This document shows, in pieces, positions 26,531 to 40,434 of a stretch of 64,000 nt of DNA (its first letter is position 1; every line of letters starts with the position of its first letter). The position numbers and the translations under genes were made by a program. The notes below the pieces were generated by a model. It searched no databases. It saw nothing but the letters and a program-made list of their open reading frames with translations, and was not told the DNA's origin. Where the stretch lies: contig OX597829.1 in the NCBI GenBank assembly GCA_951406725.2, positions 49,476,001 through 49,540,000 on the forward strand, given 5' to 3'. Source of the DNA: Octopus vulgaris. Taxonomy: Eukaryota.

Positions 26531-27043
26531 TCTATATATATAAAACTGTAGTTGTGTGAGTGTCTGTCCCCTTCGATTTAGATTCCTAACTCCTCCCACA
26601 TTTTGCGGTGCAGTTTAACCAAATTCGGGTATCTTATAGTCGTGATTCATATCGAGCCCGTCTGGCTATTAGCGCGCGTCTACGATGAGTCTACGATTTT
26701 AAAAATAATTTAACATCATTTTTTATTCCATTTTAATGCATAATTTTTCGTGTGTCGATGGCGGCGGAGTTGGCGTCCACGCTCACAGCTGCACCTGTTT
26801 GCTTCTCCCCCTTCTTCCCTCCCTCGTGAAGCTGTGGGGAAGGGAGTGTAAGGAAATCAACGTCGTAAAGCGTTGTCAAGGAGACCAGCATTCTTTTAGA
26901 ACAACGACTTCATGGCTTGAAGACACCAAAACAGAAATGGCTAAGAAAGCCCGAATTGGCATCTATAAGGGAAGTAACTCTCTAAAAATGCTTATATAGT
27001 TATTTCCCTTACAAATCCGAGCAACGCCGGGCGATACTGCTAG
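26531..27043 (+). mobile_element. non-autonomous Helitron
   Basis: A-TC(TA)n start; ccgagcaacgccggg hairpin plus CTAG-T end. Confidence 0.85.
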
Positions 27044-28025
27044 TCACTGTATAAAATTATCCTGTTTACTGAACACTACAAGTTAAGTGTAGTGACTTTT
27101 ATCAACTTCGATATAAGGCATGCTACTTAAAAGTGAAAGAGGAGGAGGAGAGAACAGCTCGATGAGACATTGCCTAGACGACTTAGTAGCCCTCTGATTA
27201 GGTCGAATTTGCTAGTCTTTTTATAACTGTTAGCCATCCTTCCAGAATTTTCGGCCAAATTATTTGGCGCAATGACATAGAAACTTCCTTTGAAGTTTTG
27301 CCATTCCAGCCATAACAAGTCAGCCTGTGCTGATTGGCCGAGCCACATTTACGTAGGTGCTAATACTTTTTTTCAACAGTGACGCTTAAAATTCACAACT
27401 ATTCAATCATTAATACTTTATCCATTCATTAATACTTTCCTATGATTCTAGACCGGAATACTATTTCGAGGTTCTAAACCCGAAAATCAGAGAGCTATGA
27501 TTCAAATCTCAGCCTGGTCCTCGGTACAAGTTTAGCATTTAAAATACAAGGGATCCAGTTTCCACAACGTATATCATAGTCTTCTGTCATCACATCAAAA
27601 CTAGAAAATAACATTTTCGCGTCGAATTGAATATTTGGACCTTAGTCTATATTTCATATACGCCTATTCCTCTATCTGCTCCCAGACGCTTACATTTTGT
27701 CTAGGTTTGTGTATTCATAGATATGTCCAGTCATCTAATTTATATATTTTCGTACACACATGTGTGTCTATAATTGTGCGTTGACATATATTTGTATGAA
27801 TTTCTGCAGTGTATGAATAATTATATCATGTACCGATATGAATACATATCTTTCTCTAGTTTCCCGTATTTCTGAGCGTGGCTTTTCACCCTCAAATCAT
27901 ATTACATCTATATATATATAAAACTCAACTTGTGTGTCTGTGTGTGTATCTGTGTGTGTCTGTGTGTTTAACTTTTGGATCTACCAAGTTTCATTATTAA
28001 GGATGGAAAGTAGTGTGTAGCAAAT

Positions 28026-28416
28026 CTATATATATATAAAGCTGAAGTTGTCTGTGTGTGGCAGGTTTGGTAGCTTTCAACTAACACTATCTCCTTCGAG
28101 ACCCTGCAGCACAAGTTGACCAAAATTGAGAGTATGATAGAAGAAGGCTTGCTCTTCATTCTGTTGAAGATAAAATTCAAATCGGATCATGCTAACACCC
28201 AAAATTATTTACATCAAAAAGGTGATTTTCTTCTATGTAAATCCCTATTTTTTTACGATTTTTGACTGCTGTGTCATCATTTTTCGGTGTATTTCAACTG
28301 GAAAAATGTTCACTTGAAGAGAATAACAAGTTGCATAATGCAAAATTTTTACTTTTCAAAACTTCCAATTCTAAAGGGTCGAAACAAACCCAAGCAACAC
28401 CGGGTGATAATGCTAG
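28026..28416 (+). mobile_element. non-autonomous Helitron (a second 5' end lies at ~27908)
   Basis: TC start; cccaagcaacaccggg..CTAG-T end. Confidence 0.75.
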
Positions 28417-28486
<70 letters not shown>

Positions 28487-28767
28487 TTCCGAATGCAATA
28501 TTTTCTATAGATTTAAACGCTTTATTAAGTAAACATACACTTCACTTTAATGCTTCTGAGAAAGCTTTTGGATGTTGCACAAGCACTCAGCTCTGAATGC
28601 ACTACGTCTTATAGCGGAAACAGCTCTTAACTAATGAAACTGACTGTTTGATTCCTCTTCTCTTTGACATCCATTAACATCAGTCTATTGTGATCAATGT
28701 GGTTCTCAATTAAATTTCGTATACATTGATGCCCTAAAATTTGACATCTGCAGAGTTATATATATGA

Positions 28768-29162
28768 CTAGCAGTATCGCCCGGCGTTGCTCGGGTTTGT
28801 AAGGGAAATAACTATATAAGCATTTTTAGAGATGTAAAGTATAATAGCCATCTCAATATGGCTAACCACAAAGGGGGGGGTTACTGTAGCTTTTTACGTT
28901 CTGAGATTTAATAATACATTTTTAGAGAGTTACTTCCCTTATATATGCCAAAAATGCATTAAAAATGGGAAAAATTGATGGTAAATTTTTTTTTAAATCG
29001 TAGACTCATCGTAGACGCGCGCTAATACCCAGAAGGGCTCGATATGAATCACGACTATAAGATACCCGGTTTTGGCTAAACTGCACCGCAAAATGTGGGA
29101 GTAGTTAGGAATCTAAATCGTAGGAGACAGACAGCACACAACCTCTCTTTTATATATAAAGA
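28768..29162 (-). mobile_element. non-autonomous Helitron
   Basis: Reverse-complement relative of 26531-27043 with both termini. Confidence 0.85.
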
Positions 29163-29181
29163 TTTATTATATTTATGACAA

Positions 29182-29510
29182 GTGAGGGCGCGTGGCTTAG
29201 TGGTTAGGGCATTCGGCTCATGATCGTAAGGTTGTGAGTTCGATTCCCGGCGACGCGTTGTGTCCTTGAGCAAGACACTTTATTTCACGTTGCTCCAGTC
29301 CACTCAGCTGGCAAAAATGAGTTGTACTTGTACTTCAAAGGGTCAGCCTTGTCACTCTCTGTGTCACGCTGATTATCCCCGAGAACTACGTTAAGGGTAC
29401 ACGTGTCTGTGGAATGCTCAGCCATTTGCACGTTAATTTCACGAGCAAGCTGTTCCGTTGATCGTATCAGCTGGGACCCTCGACGTCGTAACCGGCGGAG
29501 TCTTTTTTTT
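29182..29510 (+). mobile_element. tRNA-derived SINE family D
   Basis: A and B boxes; TSD tatatttatgaca; 3' half shared with family C. Confidence 0.88.
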
Positions 29511-29841
29511 TATATTTATGACATTATTACTAACCACTGCAAAGGATCTAAATCCTAACTAGTTTTTCTTTTTAATTTATTCATTTATTTTTTATTTTTT
29601 GAACGACCTCAATCCATTGTCTGACTCATTATCGTAAAATCATTTAATGTAATGAAAGAACGTTACGAAAATCGATCAATTTATTTTTAAAAAATAAGCA
29701 TTTAAAAACAAGAAGTTGATAAATTCACGCAGTTCTTTCTGCTGTTGTTCTTATTGATGTCGTCGTGACAGAGAGCTGGCAGAATTGTTAGAGAGTCAGA
29801 AAAAGAAAAATACATGTCATTATATCTTTCGACACATTTAC

Positions 29842-29907
29842 GCCTGCGCATATATAAGGCTCGGCCAGTCAAACACCGACTGGTTGATTATGGTTTGAGA
29901 TGAAAAA
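29842..29907 (-). CDS. candidate exon (FSSQTIINQSVFDWPSLIYAQ)
   Basis: Acceptor ttatttcctttgaag, donor gtaaat; single open frame; phase fits 16933-17025. Confidence 0.35.
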
Positions 29908-30130
29908 CTTCAAAGGAAATAAGTGATTTTTTTTTCTCCCCCCCCCCCCCCCGCCAAACAATCTGGCTCAAAATTCAAGAAAGGATGGTTAAAAAACTAT
30001 AAATGTACTAACAAACTCAAACTTATCAGAGAGCTACTGAGCAGCCTAGGGAAATGAGGTCAAATTCCGCTGAGATCGACTTGGTCTTTCACTCCTTAAA
30101 GGGTCGATAAAATAAAATACTTGGGCTGAT

Positions 30131-30550
30131 AGGCGCAGGAGTGGCTGTGTGGTAAGTAGCTTGCTAACCAGCCACATGGTTCCGGGTTCAGTCCCACTGC
30201 GTGGCATCTTGGGCAAGTGTCTTCTGCTATAGCCCCGGGCCGACCAATGCCTCGTGAGTGGATTTGGTAGACGGAAACTGAAAGAAGCCTGTCGTATATA
30301 TGTATATATATATATATATGTATATGTGTGTGTGTCTGTGTTTGTGTGTCTGTGTTTGTCCCCCTAGCATTGTTTGACAACCGATGCTGGTGTGTTTACG
30401 TCCCCGTCACTTAGCGGTTCGGCAAAAGAGACCGATAGAATAAGTACTGGACTTACAAAGAATAAGTCCCGGGGTCGATTTGCTCGACTGAAGGCGGTGC
30501 TCCAGCATGGCCGCAGTCGAATGACTGAAACAAGAAAAAGAGTAAAGAGT
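30131..30550 (+). mobile_element. SINE family A
   Basis: Full-length copy. Confidence 0.9.
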
Positions 30551-30622
30551 ATATATCGACTTGTCCCTCACCCAAAAGTTGATGGCCTTGAGCCAAGATT
30601 ATCATCATCATCATCATCATCA

Positions 30623-30683
<61 letters not shown>

Positions 30684-30708
30684 CATTATTATTATTATTA
30701 TTATTATT

Positions 30709-31140
30709 GAGTGAGAGAACAGAGCATGCCATCAAAGTGACACTGGGGTAAAATATACGAAGCCCAGTATACCCATCATGACTACCCGTCTGATAAGGGT
30801 ACACCAGGCACATGCATCACAACATGGTGATCTCATATCAAGATAAACAGCACATGACCTTGCAGGTGGGACCCACTTTGAATTTTCTTCAAATCTAGTA
30901 ACCCATCCCTCTCAAAAGGTCCCTGGATAAGGGTTGTTTAAGGATGTTGAAGAAAACACCCATGTTTCCAAAGGTGAATTATCAAAACCTCAAAGAATTC
31001 CTGTCAACACATGGCTATGATGCTCCCCCACTACTTCCGCTCGTGATCAGAGATGCACGTATCGTCAGCCACTAAGGGACATGGTCAACTGGTTATGGTC
31101 AAACAACTGACAAGCTAATCTGTGGTATTGAGCAGAATAT
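30709..31140 (-). mobile_element. (TAA)n-embedded non-coding retro-repeat
   Basis: Second copy 35165-35720, terminal fragment ~48910-48966; both long copies flanked by (TTA)n; orientation inferred. Confidence 0.7.
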
Positions 31141-31175
31141 TATTATTGTTATTATTGCTATTGTTGTTGTTGTTG

Positions 31176-31255
<80 letters not shown>

Positions 31256-31269
31256 ATTATTAATATTAT

Positions 31270-31636
31270 TTCTTTTCATCACAAATTTTGCTGGCGCTCC
31301 TGGAGTGTTGCCTGCATAGCGGGTTTACTACCTGCAGACTACGTTTCTATGCTATTCGTTCTTTTCAGCTATCTAATACTTTCCTGATTATTCCAGACGT
31401 GCCAAGGGGGCAAACCTTTTGTAAAAGTTCTACTGGGCACTCTATTCCAATTTCCTTGATATTCCTCTTGGTGCTCTTTGATATTGTTCCTAAGGACCCA
31501 ACAATAATTGGCACTGTCTTTGTTTTCTTCAGTTTCCGTTGCCGGGCTATTTCGTACATAAAAGGATGGTATTTATCTATTTTTAGCCTTCCTTCGTGGA
31601 CTATTCGTGGGTCAAAGGAGCACACAACATCAACTA
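31270..31636 (-). pseudogene. R4/Dong-type non-LTR 3' end (RLE domain)
   Basis: VDVVCSFD..KIDKY..VPIIVGSLG..LLQKVCPLGTSGIIRKVL; ends in (TAA)n. Confidence 0.8.
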
Positions 31637-31639
31637 TGT

Positions 31640-32493
31640 AAATAAAATGTCTGGTTAACAATTTGAGGAGGAAAAAATTCTGTGTGGACAATTCCTTTCA
31701 CATTGATGAAACAAATCAGCGATGTCTTCACTTGACGCGCTTTTTGGAGGCGTGGTGACATTGAATGCTTCCATTGACTTGATTGTTGCTCCGTTTCCGG
31801 GTCGTAGCCATAACACCAGTTTTCGTCACTAGTGATGACGTTCGAAAAAATGGTTTGGATCAACTTTCCACTGTTCTTTCAGTTCACAACATGCATTCAG
31901 TCAGGACTGCTTTTGATCTTTCGTGAGTAAAAGTGGCACAAATTTTTGCTGCAATTATTTTCATTCACAATTCCTTGCTCAAAATTCTTTGGCAGAAGCT
32001 TCAGGATGCACCAGTCACATAAGCAAGTTTGTCAATTGTTAGATGATGGTCCTCCTATATCAGTTCATGAATTTCCTGAAGTTTTCATTCCTTCGGGCGG
32101 TCGACAGTCACCCTGAACGAGGTTAGTCTTCAAGCGACAAGTGACCATTCCTAAAGAACGGAAACCACTCGTAAACTTGTGTTTTGCTCAAGGCAGCCTC
32201 CATGTAAGCTATTTGAAGCATGACAACTGTTTCGGCCGCCGGTTTCCCCCAGCACAAAACAGAATTTCTCGGAAGCACGCTGTTCATTAGTTACAACAAT
32301 CGAAAAAATCGACGAACAAAGGAGAAACAAAATGAAAAAAAAGCCACACCACTTACCGGTACGACTACAGACGAGAACGCCGGTCGGCAGACTGATGCCA
32401 GAGGGTCGCATTAAGTGCTTCTAGTGGCGGAAGCCTGAACTACAACGGGCTTGTCTTACAGAGAACGTTTCCGGTTACTTTTAGGTGCCTTCA
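31640..32493 (-). mobile_element. mariner transposon, 3' truncated
   Basis: ITSDENWCYGYDPETEQQSSQW..GIVHTEF; EQRASEKFCFVLGET N-terminus; TIR remnant ~32467-32493. Confidence 0.85.
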
Positions 32494-32519
32494 TATATGT
32501 GCGTGCGTGTGTGTGAGCG

Positions 32520-32732
32520 TGTGTGTCTTTATGTCCATTAGCTCCCTCACCCCATCACCGTTTTACAACCGGCGCTGGTGTGTTTTCGTCCCCATCACCT
32601 AGCTGTTCGACAAAAGAGACAAATAGGGTTAAGAAATAAGTCCTGGGGTCGATCTGTTCGACTAAAATCCTTTTAGAGGCGGTGGTGCTCCAGCATGGCC
32701 GCAGTCAAATGACTGAAACAGGGTAAAAGAAT
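32520..32732 (+). mobile_element. SINE family A 3' fragment
   Basis: Diverged 3' half. Confidence 0.7.
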
Positions 32733-32810
32733 ACTTTAAAATATTTTTGAGCCATCGCGAGAATCTTGGTATGCGTACCATCATGACCATCCTTCATGTT
32801 CTATAGATGG

Positions 32811-33198
32811 ATGGAAGCACTCCGTCGGTTACGACGACGAGGGTTCCGGTTGATCCGATCGACGGAACAGCCTGCTCGTGAAATTAACGTGTAAGTGGCT
32901 GAGCACTCCACAGACACGTGTACCCTTAACGTAGTCCTCGGGGATATTCAGCGTGACACAGAGAGTGACAAGACCGGCCCTTTGAAATACAGGTACAACA
33001 GAAACAGGAAGTAAGAGTGAGAGAAAGTTGTGGTGAAAGAGTACAGCAAGAATCACCACCAATCCCTGCCAGAGCCTCGTGGAGCTTTTTTAGGTGTTTT
33101 CGCTCAATAAACACTCACAACGCCCGGTCTGGGAATCGAAACCGCGATCCTACGACCGCGAGTCCGCTGCCCTAACCACTGGGCCATTGCGCCTCCAC
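32811..33198 (-). mobile_element. SINE family C
   Basis: TSD atgttctatagatg. Confidence 0.9.
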
Positions 33199-33776
33199 TA
33201 TGTTCTATAGATGCGTGGATGGAAGGCTGTCCATATGCCTATCCATACATAGGCACCCACGTTTGACCTTATCACGTAGATGATGCACACACACACACAC
33301 ACACACACACATCAGACAAACATCTAATACAAATACTAAAGGAGTCTCTTTATTTAACTTCGTTTCATCTTTGTTTTTATTTTATTTTGTTTTATTTTAT
33401 AGTTCTATTTATTTTATTTTATTTTATTTTATTTTATTTTTATTTTATTTTATTCGATTTCCTTTTAAGTAGCTGGCCATTTCCGAAGAGATATTTCAAT
33501 CGTGCTGCGATCTCGTTTGTTATCCAACCAACCAACCACGCAGTGTTTCCTTAATTGAAATGAATCCAGAAAAGAAAAAAAAAAAAAAAGGTAAATAGGA
33601 AAGAAATACGAATGCAGTTGTGGTTGAGGGATGATACATAAAACCAAAACAGAAAAAAGAATAAGAAAAAGAAAATAACATGAGCAAACAAAGCAGAAAA
33701 AAAAAGAAACGTAAAGAGAAAATGTTTTTTTTTGATATGATTTATTCATTTATTATTATTGTTATCATCATTATTA

Positions 33777-33807
<31 letters not shown>

Positions 33808-33990
33808 TTTTTTTTTTTTTTTCTTCTTTCAAATTTTCTTCCATTTCTTGCCGAGTGTCTTCCCGACTCCTAGGGCAAAGAAACTCATAGTGTATATTGG
33901 TAGGCCATTAAACCAAACTCAGTAGTTCGTTAATTTTTTTTTTTTTTTTTTTCTTAAAGTTAAATTAAAATGTATGAGCAGCAACAGTTC

Positions 33991-34795
33991 TCACATCGAC
34001 AATGCTCTTCTCAATACGTGTGATGTACCAGTTAAGACAATCTTTTGCACTTCTTGCAGGGATGGTAAGCCAGGGATCATTCTCATATAATTTTCGGTTC
34101 CCTTCTTGATCATTCCTAGTGCTCCTACGATCACTGGTATTGTAACCGCCTTGAGATGCCACATTTTCTCAATTTCAATGAGTAGGTCTTTATATTTTCT
34201 GAGCTTGTCAAACTCTTTCGCTGAGATATTATGATCACAGGGGATGCTCATGTCGATCAATAAGCAAACTTTATTGTTTTGGTCTTTCACAACAATATCT
34301 GGTTTATTGGCCTTGATGGTTCGGTCTGTATGTACTGGAAAGTCCCACAGAATGGTTACATTTTCTCCTTCAGTTACAGCCTCAGGGTGGTGATTATACC
34401 ACTTGTCGGCAGTTTTGATATTGTAATGCCGACTTATTAGCCAGTGGAGATATTGGCCAACTCTGTCATGTCTTAATTTATACTCCACTGGTGCTAAGAC
34501 TTTACATCCAGAGATTAGGTGGTCCACTGTTTCAATCATGTCGTTGCAGAATCGGCATTTTGGGTCTGCTCCATTTTTCATCACATTGGCCTGGTAGTTC
34601 CGGGTTGATAGGCTTTGGTCTTGAGCAGCCAGGATGAAACCTTTGCTCTCTGCTTTTAGCCCTGAGCTCCGCAGCCACTGATGGGTTTGCTTCTGGTCAA
34701 CATCAGCTTGTTTGCTGCGGGTCACATATTTGCCGTGCAGAGGTTTCTCCTCCCACCTATCAGCCAATTGCTCGTGCGCTTTTTTCATTGCCATC

Positions 34796-34797
<2 letters not shown>
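33991..34797 (-). mobile_element. R4/Dong-type non-LTR retrotransposon, 5' truncated, open 268-aa C-terminus (zinc knuckle plus RLE); 3' UTR to ~33820
   Basis: AAQDQ, CRFC..ETVDHLISGC, RHD, LWDF, KPDIV, IDMSIP, KLRKY, PVIVGALG; flanked by (TAA)n. Confidence 0.92.
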
Positions 34798-34881
<84 letters not shown>

Positions 34882-34882
<1 letters not shown>

Positions 34883-35086
34883 CTTCTTTCAAATTTGCTT
34901 CCATTTCTTGCCGAGTTTCTTCCCGACTCCTAGGGCAAAGAAACTCATAGTATACATTGGTAGGCCATTACACTAAACTCAATAGTTCGTTCATTTTTTT
35001 TTTTTTTTAAGTTAAAAAACTATTACTACATGGGTAGTAATAGTTCTCACAGCGACAATGCTCTTCTCAATACGTGTGATGTACCT
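34882..35086 (-). mobile_element. short 3' end of the same R4/Dong family
   Basis: Repeat of ~33823-34030 (GTSHVLRRALS plus UTR) inside (TAA)n. Confidence 0.85.
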
Positions 35087-35094
35087 ATTATCAA

Positions 35095-35164
<70 letters not shown>

Positions 35165-35167
<3 letters not shown>

Positions 35168-35720
35168 TGAGTGAGCAGTCCATGCCATCAAAGTGACAAT
35201 GGGGTAAAATATACGAAGCCCAGTATACCCATCATGACTACCCGCTTAATAAGGGATCACCAGGCACATGCATCACAACCATATGTGCGCGACATGGTGA
35301 TCTCATATCAAGATAAACAGCACATGACCTTTCAGGTGGGGCCCAGTTAGAATTTTCTTCTGGTCGAGTAGCCGACTCCGCTCAAAAGGTCCCTGAATAA
35401 GGGTTGTTTAAGGATGTTGAACGAACCATCCATGTTTCCAATGGTGAATTATCCAAATCTCTAAGAATTCCTTTCAACACATGGCTATGATGCTCCACCA
35501 CTACTTCCGCTCGTGATCAGAGATGCACATATCGTCAGCCACTAAGGAACATGCTCAACTAGTTAAGGTCAAACAACTGACAAGCAAATCTGTGGTATTG
35601 AGCAGAATATTTGCTGTAGCCCATCTTTTATACCAAGACAAAACAATGTACATGATAACCCTTCCAATCAGTTAAGATCAGAAGCCACGAGCGCCACTGT
35701 CTGGTAAGCATCAGGGCATT
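35165..35720 (-). mobile_element. (TAA)n-embedded non-coding retro-repeat, longer copy
   Basis: Matches 30709-31140. Confidence 0.7.
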
Positions 35721-35740
35721 TATTATTATTATTATTATTA

Positions 35741-35858
<118 letters not shown>

Positions 35859-35868
35859 CATTGTTGTT

Positions 35869-36178
35869 GTGAAGGCGCATGACTCAGTGGTTAGAGCGTC
35901 GAGCTTACGATCGTGAGGTTGTGAGTTCGAATCCCGGACCGGGCTGCTTCTTGTGTTCTTGAGCAAGACACTTTATTTCAGGTTGCTAACAGTTCACTCA
36001 GCTGTAGAAATGAGTTGCAACGTTACTGGTGCCAAGCTGTATCGGCCCCTTTGCTTTTCCCCTGAATAACACTGGTGGCATGGAGTGGGGAGGCCAGTAT
36101 TCATGGGCACAGACTTGTGCCTGGGAGGAGAACTTTCTAGGAGCAATCCCATGATCAGTCATGACCGACGGGGGTCTC
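35869..36178 (+). mobile_element. tRNA-derived SINE family E
   Basis: gaaggcgcatgactcagtggttagagcg...gttcgaatccc; relatives at 53244 and 63300. Confidence 0.8.
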
Positions 36179-36206
36179 AGCATTATTATTATTATTATTA
36201 TTATTA

Positions 36207-36269
<63 letters not shown>

Positions 36270-36270
36270 G

Positions 36271-36302
<32 letters not shown>

Positions 36303-36501
36303 CAATAATTTGTATGTTTCTTTTCCCCAAATTCATTCATGGATACAACACACAACCGACATTCTTCCCGCCTTTCATAGATGTTGTTATAATGTAATCA
36401 ATATCTGTATGTTGGTTTAATTAGCCGACTATGACGTATAATTAGCCGACAGTGACGTTAATACCGGCGGCACCACCACCACCATCGTCGTCGGCATGAT
36501 G

Positions 36502-36568
<67 letters not shown>

Positions 36569-36584
36569 TAATAATAATAATTTC

Positions 36585-36765
36585 TTCTAAAGGCACTAGG
36601 CCTGGAATTCGGTAGTAGGGGACTATTCGATTACATCGACACCCGTATTTCACTGGTACTTAATTTATTGGTCCCGAAAGGGTGAAAGGCAAAGTCGACC
36701 TTGGTGGAATTTGAACTCAGAACGTAAGGACTGACGAAAAGCCCGGCTTGCTAACGATTCTGCCA
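36585..36765 (-). mobile_element. SINE family B, diverged
   Basis: gaaaggcaaagtcgacc..ggaatttgaactc. Confidence 0.7.
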
Positions 36766-36805
36766 TTATAATAATAATAACAATCTTCGTCAATTCCAAA
36801 CAGTA

Positions 36806-36887
36806 CCACCAGCATCACCATCAACAACATCATCATCATCATCACCATCATCACCATCATCATCATCATCATCATCACCATCATCAC

Positions 36888-36920
<33 letters not shown>

Positions 36921-37193
36921 TATCATCATCATCATTATCATCATCATCATCATCAACATCATCATCAACACCATCATCACCATCATCATCATCATCATCA
37001 TCATCACCATCATCATCATCACAATCATCATCATCATCAACATCATCATCACCATCATCATCACCATCATCATCATCATCATCATCATCATCACAATCAT
37101 CATCATCATTACCATCATCACCATCATCATCATCATCATCACCATCATCATCATCACCATCACCAACATCATGATCACGATCATCAATAACAT

Positions 37194-37223
<30 letters not shown>
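36806..37223. repeat. (CAT)n microsatellite
   Basis: Visible. Confidence 0.95.
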
Positions 37224-37224
<1 letters not shown>

Positions 37225-37861
37225 GTTATCTCTACCATCGTTGTTATGATATCATACTTACTCCCACACTTCCTGTTCGTTATCCTCCTCCTCCTCCTCC
37301 TCCTCCTCTTATCCCTTCTCCTCCTGTTATCCTCTTCCTCTTCCCCTTCCTCCTCCTTCACTTATCCATCGCACCGGTCACTGCAGTGTCCGTGTCCATC
37401 GTCACCATCGCTACGATTAGCTGCAGAACCGTCAACATCACCGCCACCGTCGCCATCTTCCTCGGCATCATCCTCCACGCCCGCCCTTCTCCGCCATCAA
37501 CCTGGTTGTCATAACCACATCTTTCATTACTATTGTTATTGCATTATGGACACCCAACTTTCCAGTGAATCGACCCATGTTAATAAAGTACAAGAAAAAA
37601 AAAAAGACTAAGATTTTATACATATATTGTAATATAGTGGAGGATGGGGTAAAAAAAACCAAAAAAACTTCGATTATCTTAGATGATCAGCTAATCGAAT
37701 TTTTCCAACTTGTGATAATGCGTGTTTGTGACCTTACGGTATAGAATTTGTATAAAGTAGGAAGAAAGTTTCGACCCACTACCACGACTCCGACGAGGTA
37801 TCGTTCTTTGATCATATTATTGATGTTGATATTCAAAATATACGTCAGTACATTCTCGTTT

Positions 37862-38342
<481 letters not shown>

Positions 38343-38630
38343 CGTAATTGTCTCAACAAGTTGGCATAGTATTCTCCATTGCTGGTGTGTCCCTTTTGAA
38401 GATAGTCAATAAACTCAATGACTTTTGCATCCCAAATAACTGAGGCCGTCCCCTTTCCTGCAGATGAAACAACTTTGGCCTTCGTAAGAGCAGGTGTGGA
38501 GGAGTGTTCCCACTGCATGGATTGTCTCTGTCTCTGGCTCAAAGTGATGATCTGGATCTACCTCAAACAATGTCAGAGTTTTTGCTGTGTTGTGACCAGC
38601 CCGGTGGGCCTTTGATCAGGTGTCATGTCT
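38343..38630 (-). pseudogene. mariner transposase fragment
   Basis: QSMQW..KAKVVSSAGK..ASVIWDAK..IDYLQKGHT.NGEYYANLL. Confidence 0.85.
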
Positions 38631-39555
38631 TCTGACCCTCCGAAAATCCCAAACTTTATTTTCGTTCGCGGGAGCAACTGTTTTTCGAAGTCTCATATTC
38701 TCCTTAACATCCATGATGAACTGATGTGTGTGTGTCCACAATGCCCGCATTGGCTCCGGATTAAAATTCTTATAAACAAATGTAAATTGTAGTTTGTTTC
38801 TTTTTAGATATGAATTCTAATATTTTAACGGGTCGCCGAAATTAATTATCGTACTTCGTGCATAATTGTCTTCATGATTCAAACGAACAGAATTTGTATT
38901 AACTTTCCCGGGATTTCAAACTAGATGTTAAAGGATGTAAGAAAATGTCCAAAAGACAATTTGTTTTGGAGCTGTACGATTTTACTTGCCTCTGTATTTA
39001 ATGTTAATTTTTTTTTTTTAAATTAGAGCAATAAAAGATAGACACATTAATTTTGAAGAAGGAAAAAAATAGGAGGTTGTAATGTTTATTCTTTTCTTGA
39101 TAATCTCAGCGGACTAAAATGAGTTGAAACTGCAGGTTGAAGCTAAAACATCATCCCGGTTTGTGAATTTAATTAATCTTCTAAACACACCCTTCACCAT
39201 TAAAAAAAATAAAAGCAAAATAATTCAAATTCATTTGAAAAATATTTGCGTTCAAATATCATCTTCCTTGGTCTTCCGTTTTAGATTCAAATACGAAATC
39301 CTCCGCAAACAGGAACTTAATGAAAGTTTAAAAGACAACCTGTCACAATAGTGAAGTTATTATTTGTTCAATGCTATAATTTATAGCATGGAATAAAGAA
39401 CAACTTAATGTTTAAAATGTGAAGACTCTCAGTGATATTTTCAACAATGTTGTATGGTAATATTTTAGCGACAAGTTCGCAAGCTAATATATATTCCATA
39501 AATATGATTTGAGGTATATGGTAATTACCTCAAATCCTATTTATAGAATATATAT

Positions 39556-39684
39556 TTCTTTATTGCCCACAAGGAGCTAAACACAGAGGGAGACAAACAA
39601 GGACAGACAAAGGGGTTAAGTCGATTACATCGACCCCAGTGCGAAACTGGTACTTTATTTATCGACCCCGAAAGGATGAAAGGG
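39556..39684 (-). mobile_element. 5' truncated SINE B inserted in a hairpin element
   Basis: TSD tatttatagaatatatatt. Confidence 0.75.
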
Positions 39685-39994
39685 TATTTATAGAATATAT
39701 ATTAGCTTGCAAACTTGTCGCTAAAGTATTACTTTCTACCCTTATTTCATCATTCAAGTTCACCAACTCTCCCCTCCCTGTGTTCTTACTCTGTTTCTTT
39801 ATTAGCCACAAGGGCCCAAACATAGAGGGGGGACAAACAAGGACAGACAGGACAGCAAAGAGGGAACAATACATAGAACGAACATGAAGAGATGATTACA
39901 CAATAATGGGGTTATGAATGGCTGCGCGCGCCCCTCATCACATGCACCACCATTAATCTTTTTTAAACTGTCCGTCACTATCACATATCTAACC

Positions 39995-40225
39995 TATTTC
40001 TTTATTACCCACAAGGGGCTAAACACAGAGGGGACAAACAAGGACAGACATAGGTATTAAGTCGATTCCATCGACCCCAGTGCGTAACTGGTACTTAATT
40101 TATCGACCCCGAAAGGATGAAAGGCAAAGTCGACCTCGGCGGAATTTGAACTCACAACGTAACGCAGACGAAATACCGCTAAGCATTTCGCCCGGCGTGC
40201 TAACGTTTCTGCCAGCTTGCCGCCT
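39995..40225 (-). mobile_element. SINE family B
   Basis: 20-bp TSD tcactatcacatatctaacc (39975-39994, 40226-40245). Confidence 0.9.
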
Positions 40226-40434
40226 TCACTATCACATATCTAACCAACAATCAATCATCGTCTAGCATTACAATTATTTGAACCGTTATATTTTTCTCTA
40301 AAAAATGTTTTTCTACTCTCCGACACTATTGAACATAACACAAAATACCCACTCTTTCTTTTTTTCCCCCTTTTTCTTCTTTTCTTTCTTCCTGTCGCCT
40401 TGACACACCCTGTGCTCTTACTCGTTTATTAGCT

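Larger units (their letters stand above)
24760..27750 (+). pseudogene. decayed Helitron RepHel, interrupted by SINE A and a small Helitron
   Basis: SAEIPNENEDLHELVKKFMIHRYCG, GHPKYRRR, VVPYN, SVKSNEYVLKYVYKGHD, NFRQVL, IQFPQR motifs in order with stops and frameshifts. Confidence 0.8.

Noticed and set aside
33472-33590. Possible exon (plus: LAISEEIFQSCCDLVCYP...; minus-strand frames also open)
   Set aside because: Strand ambiguous and not linkable to other exons
37737-37856. Possible exon with gtaagg donor on minus strand (..ERYLVGVVVVGRNFLP..)
   Set aside because: No convincing acceptor; plus-strand reading equally plausible
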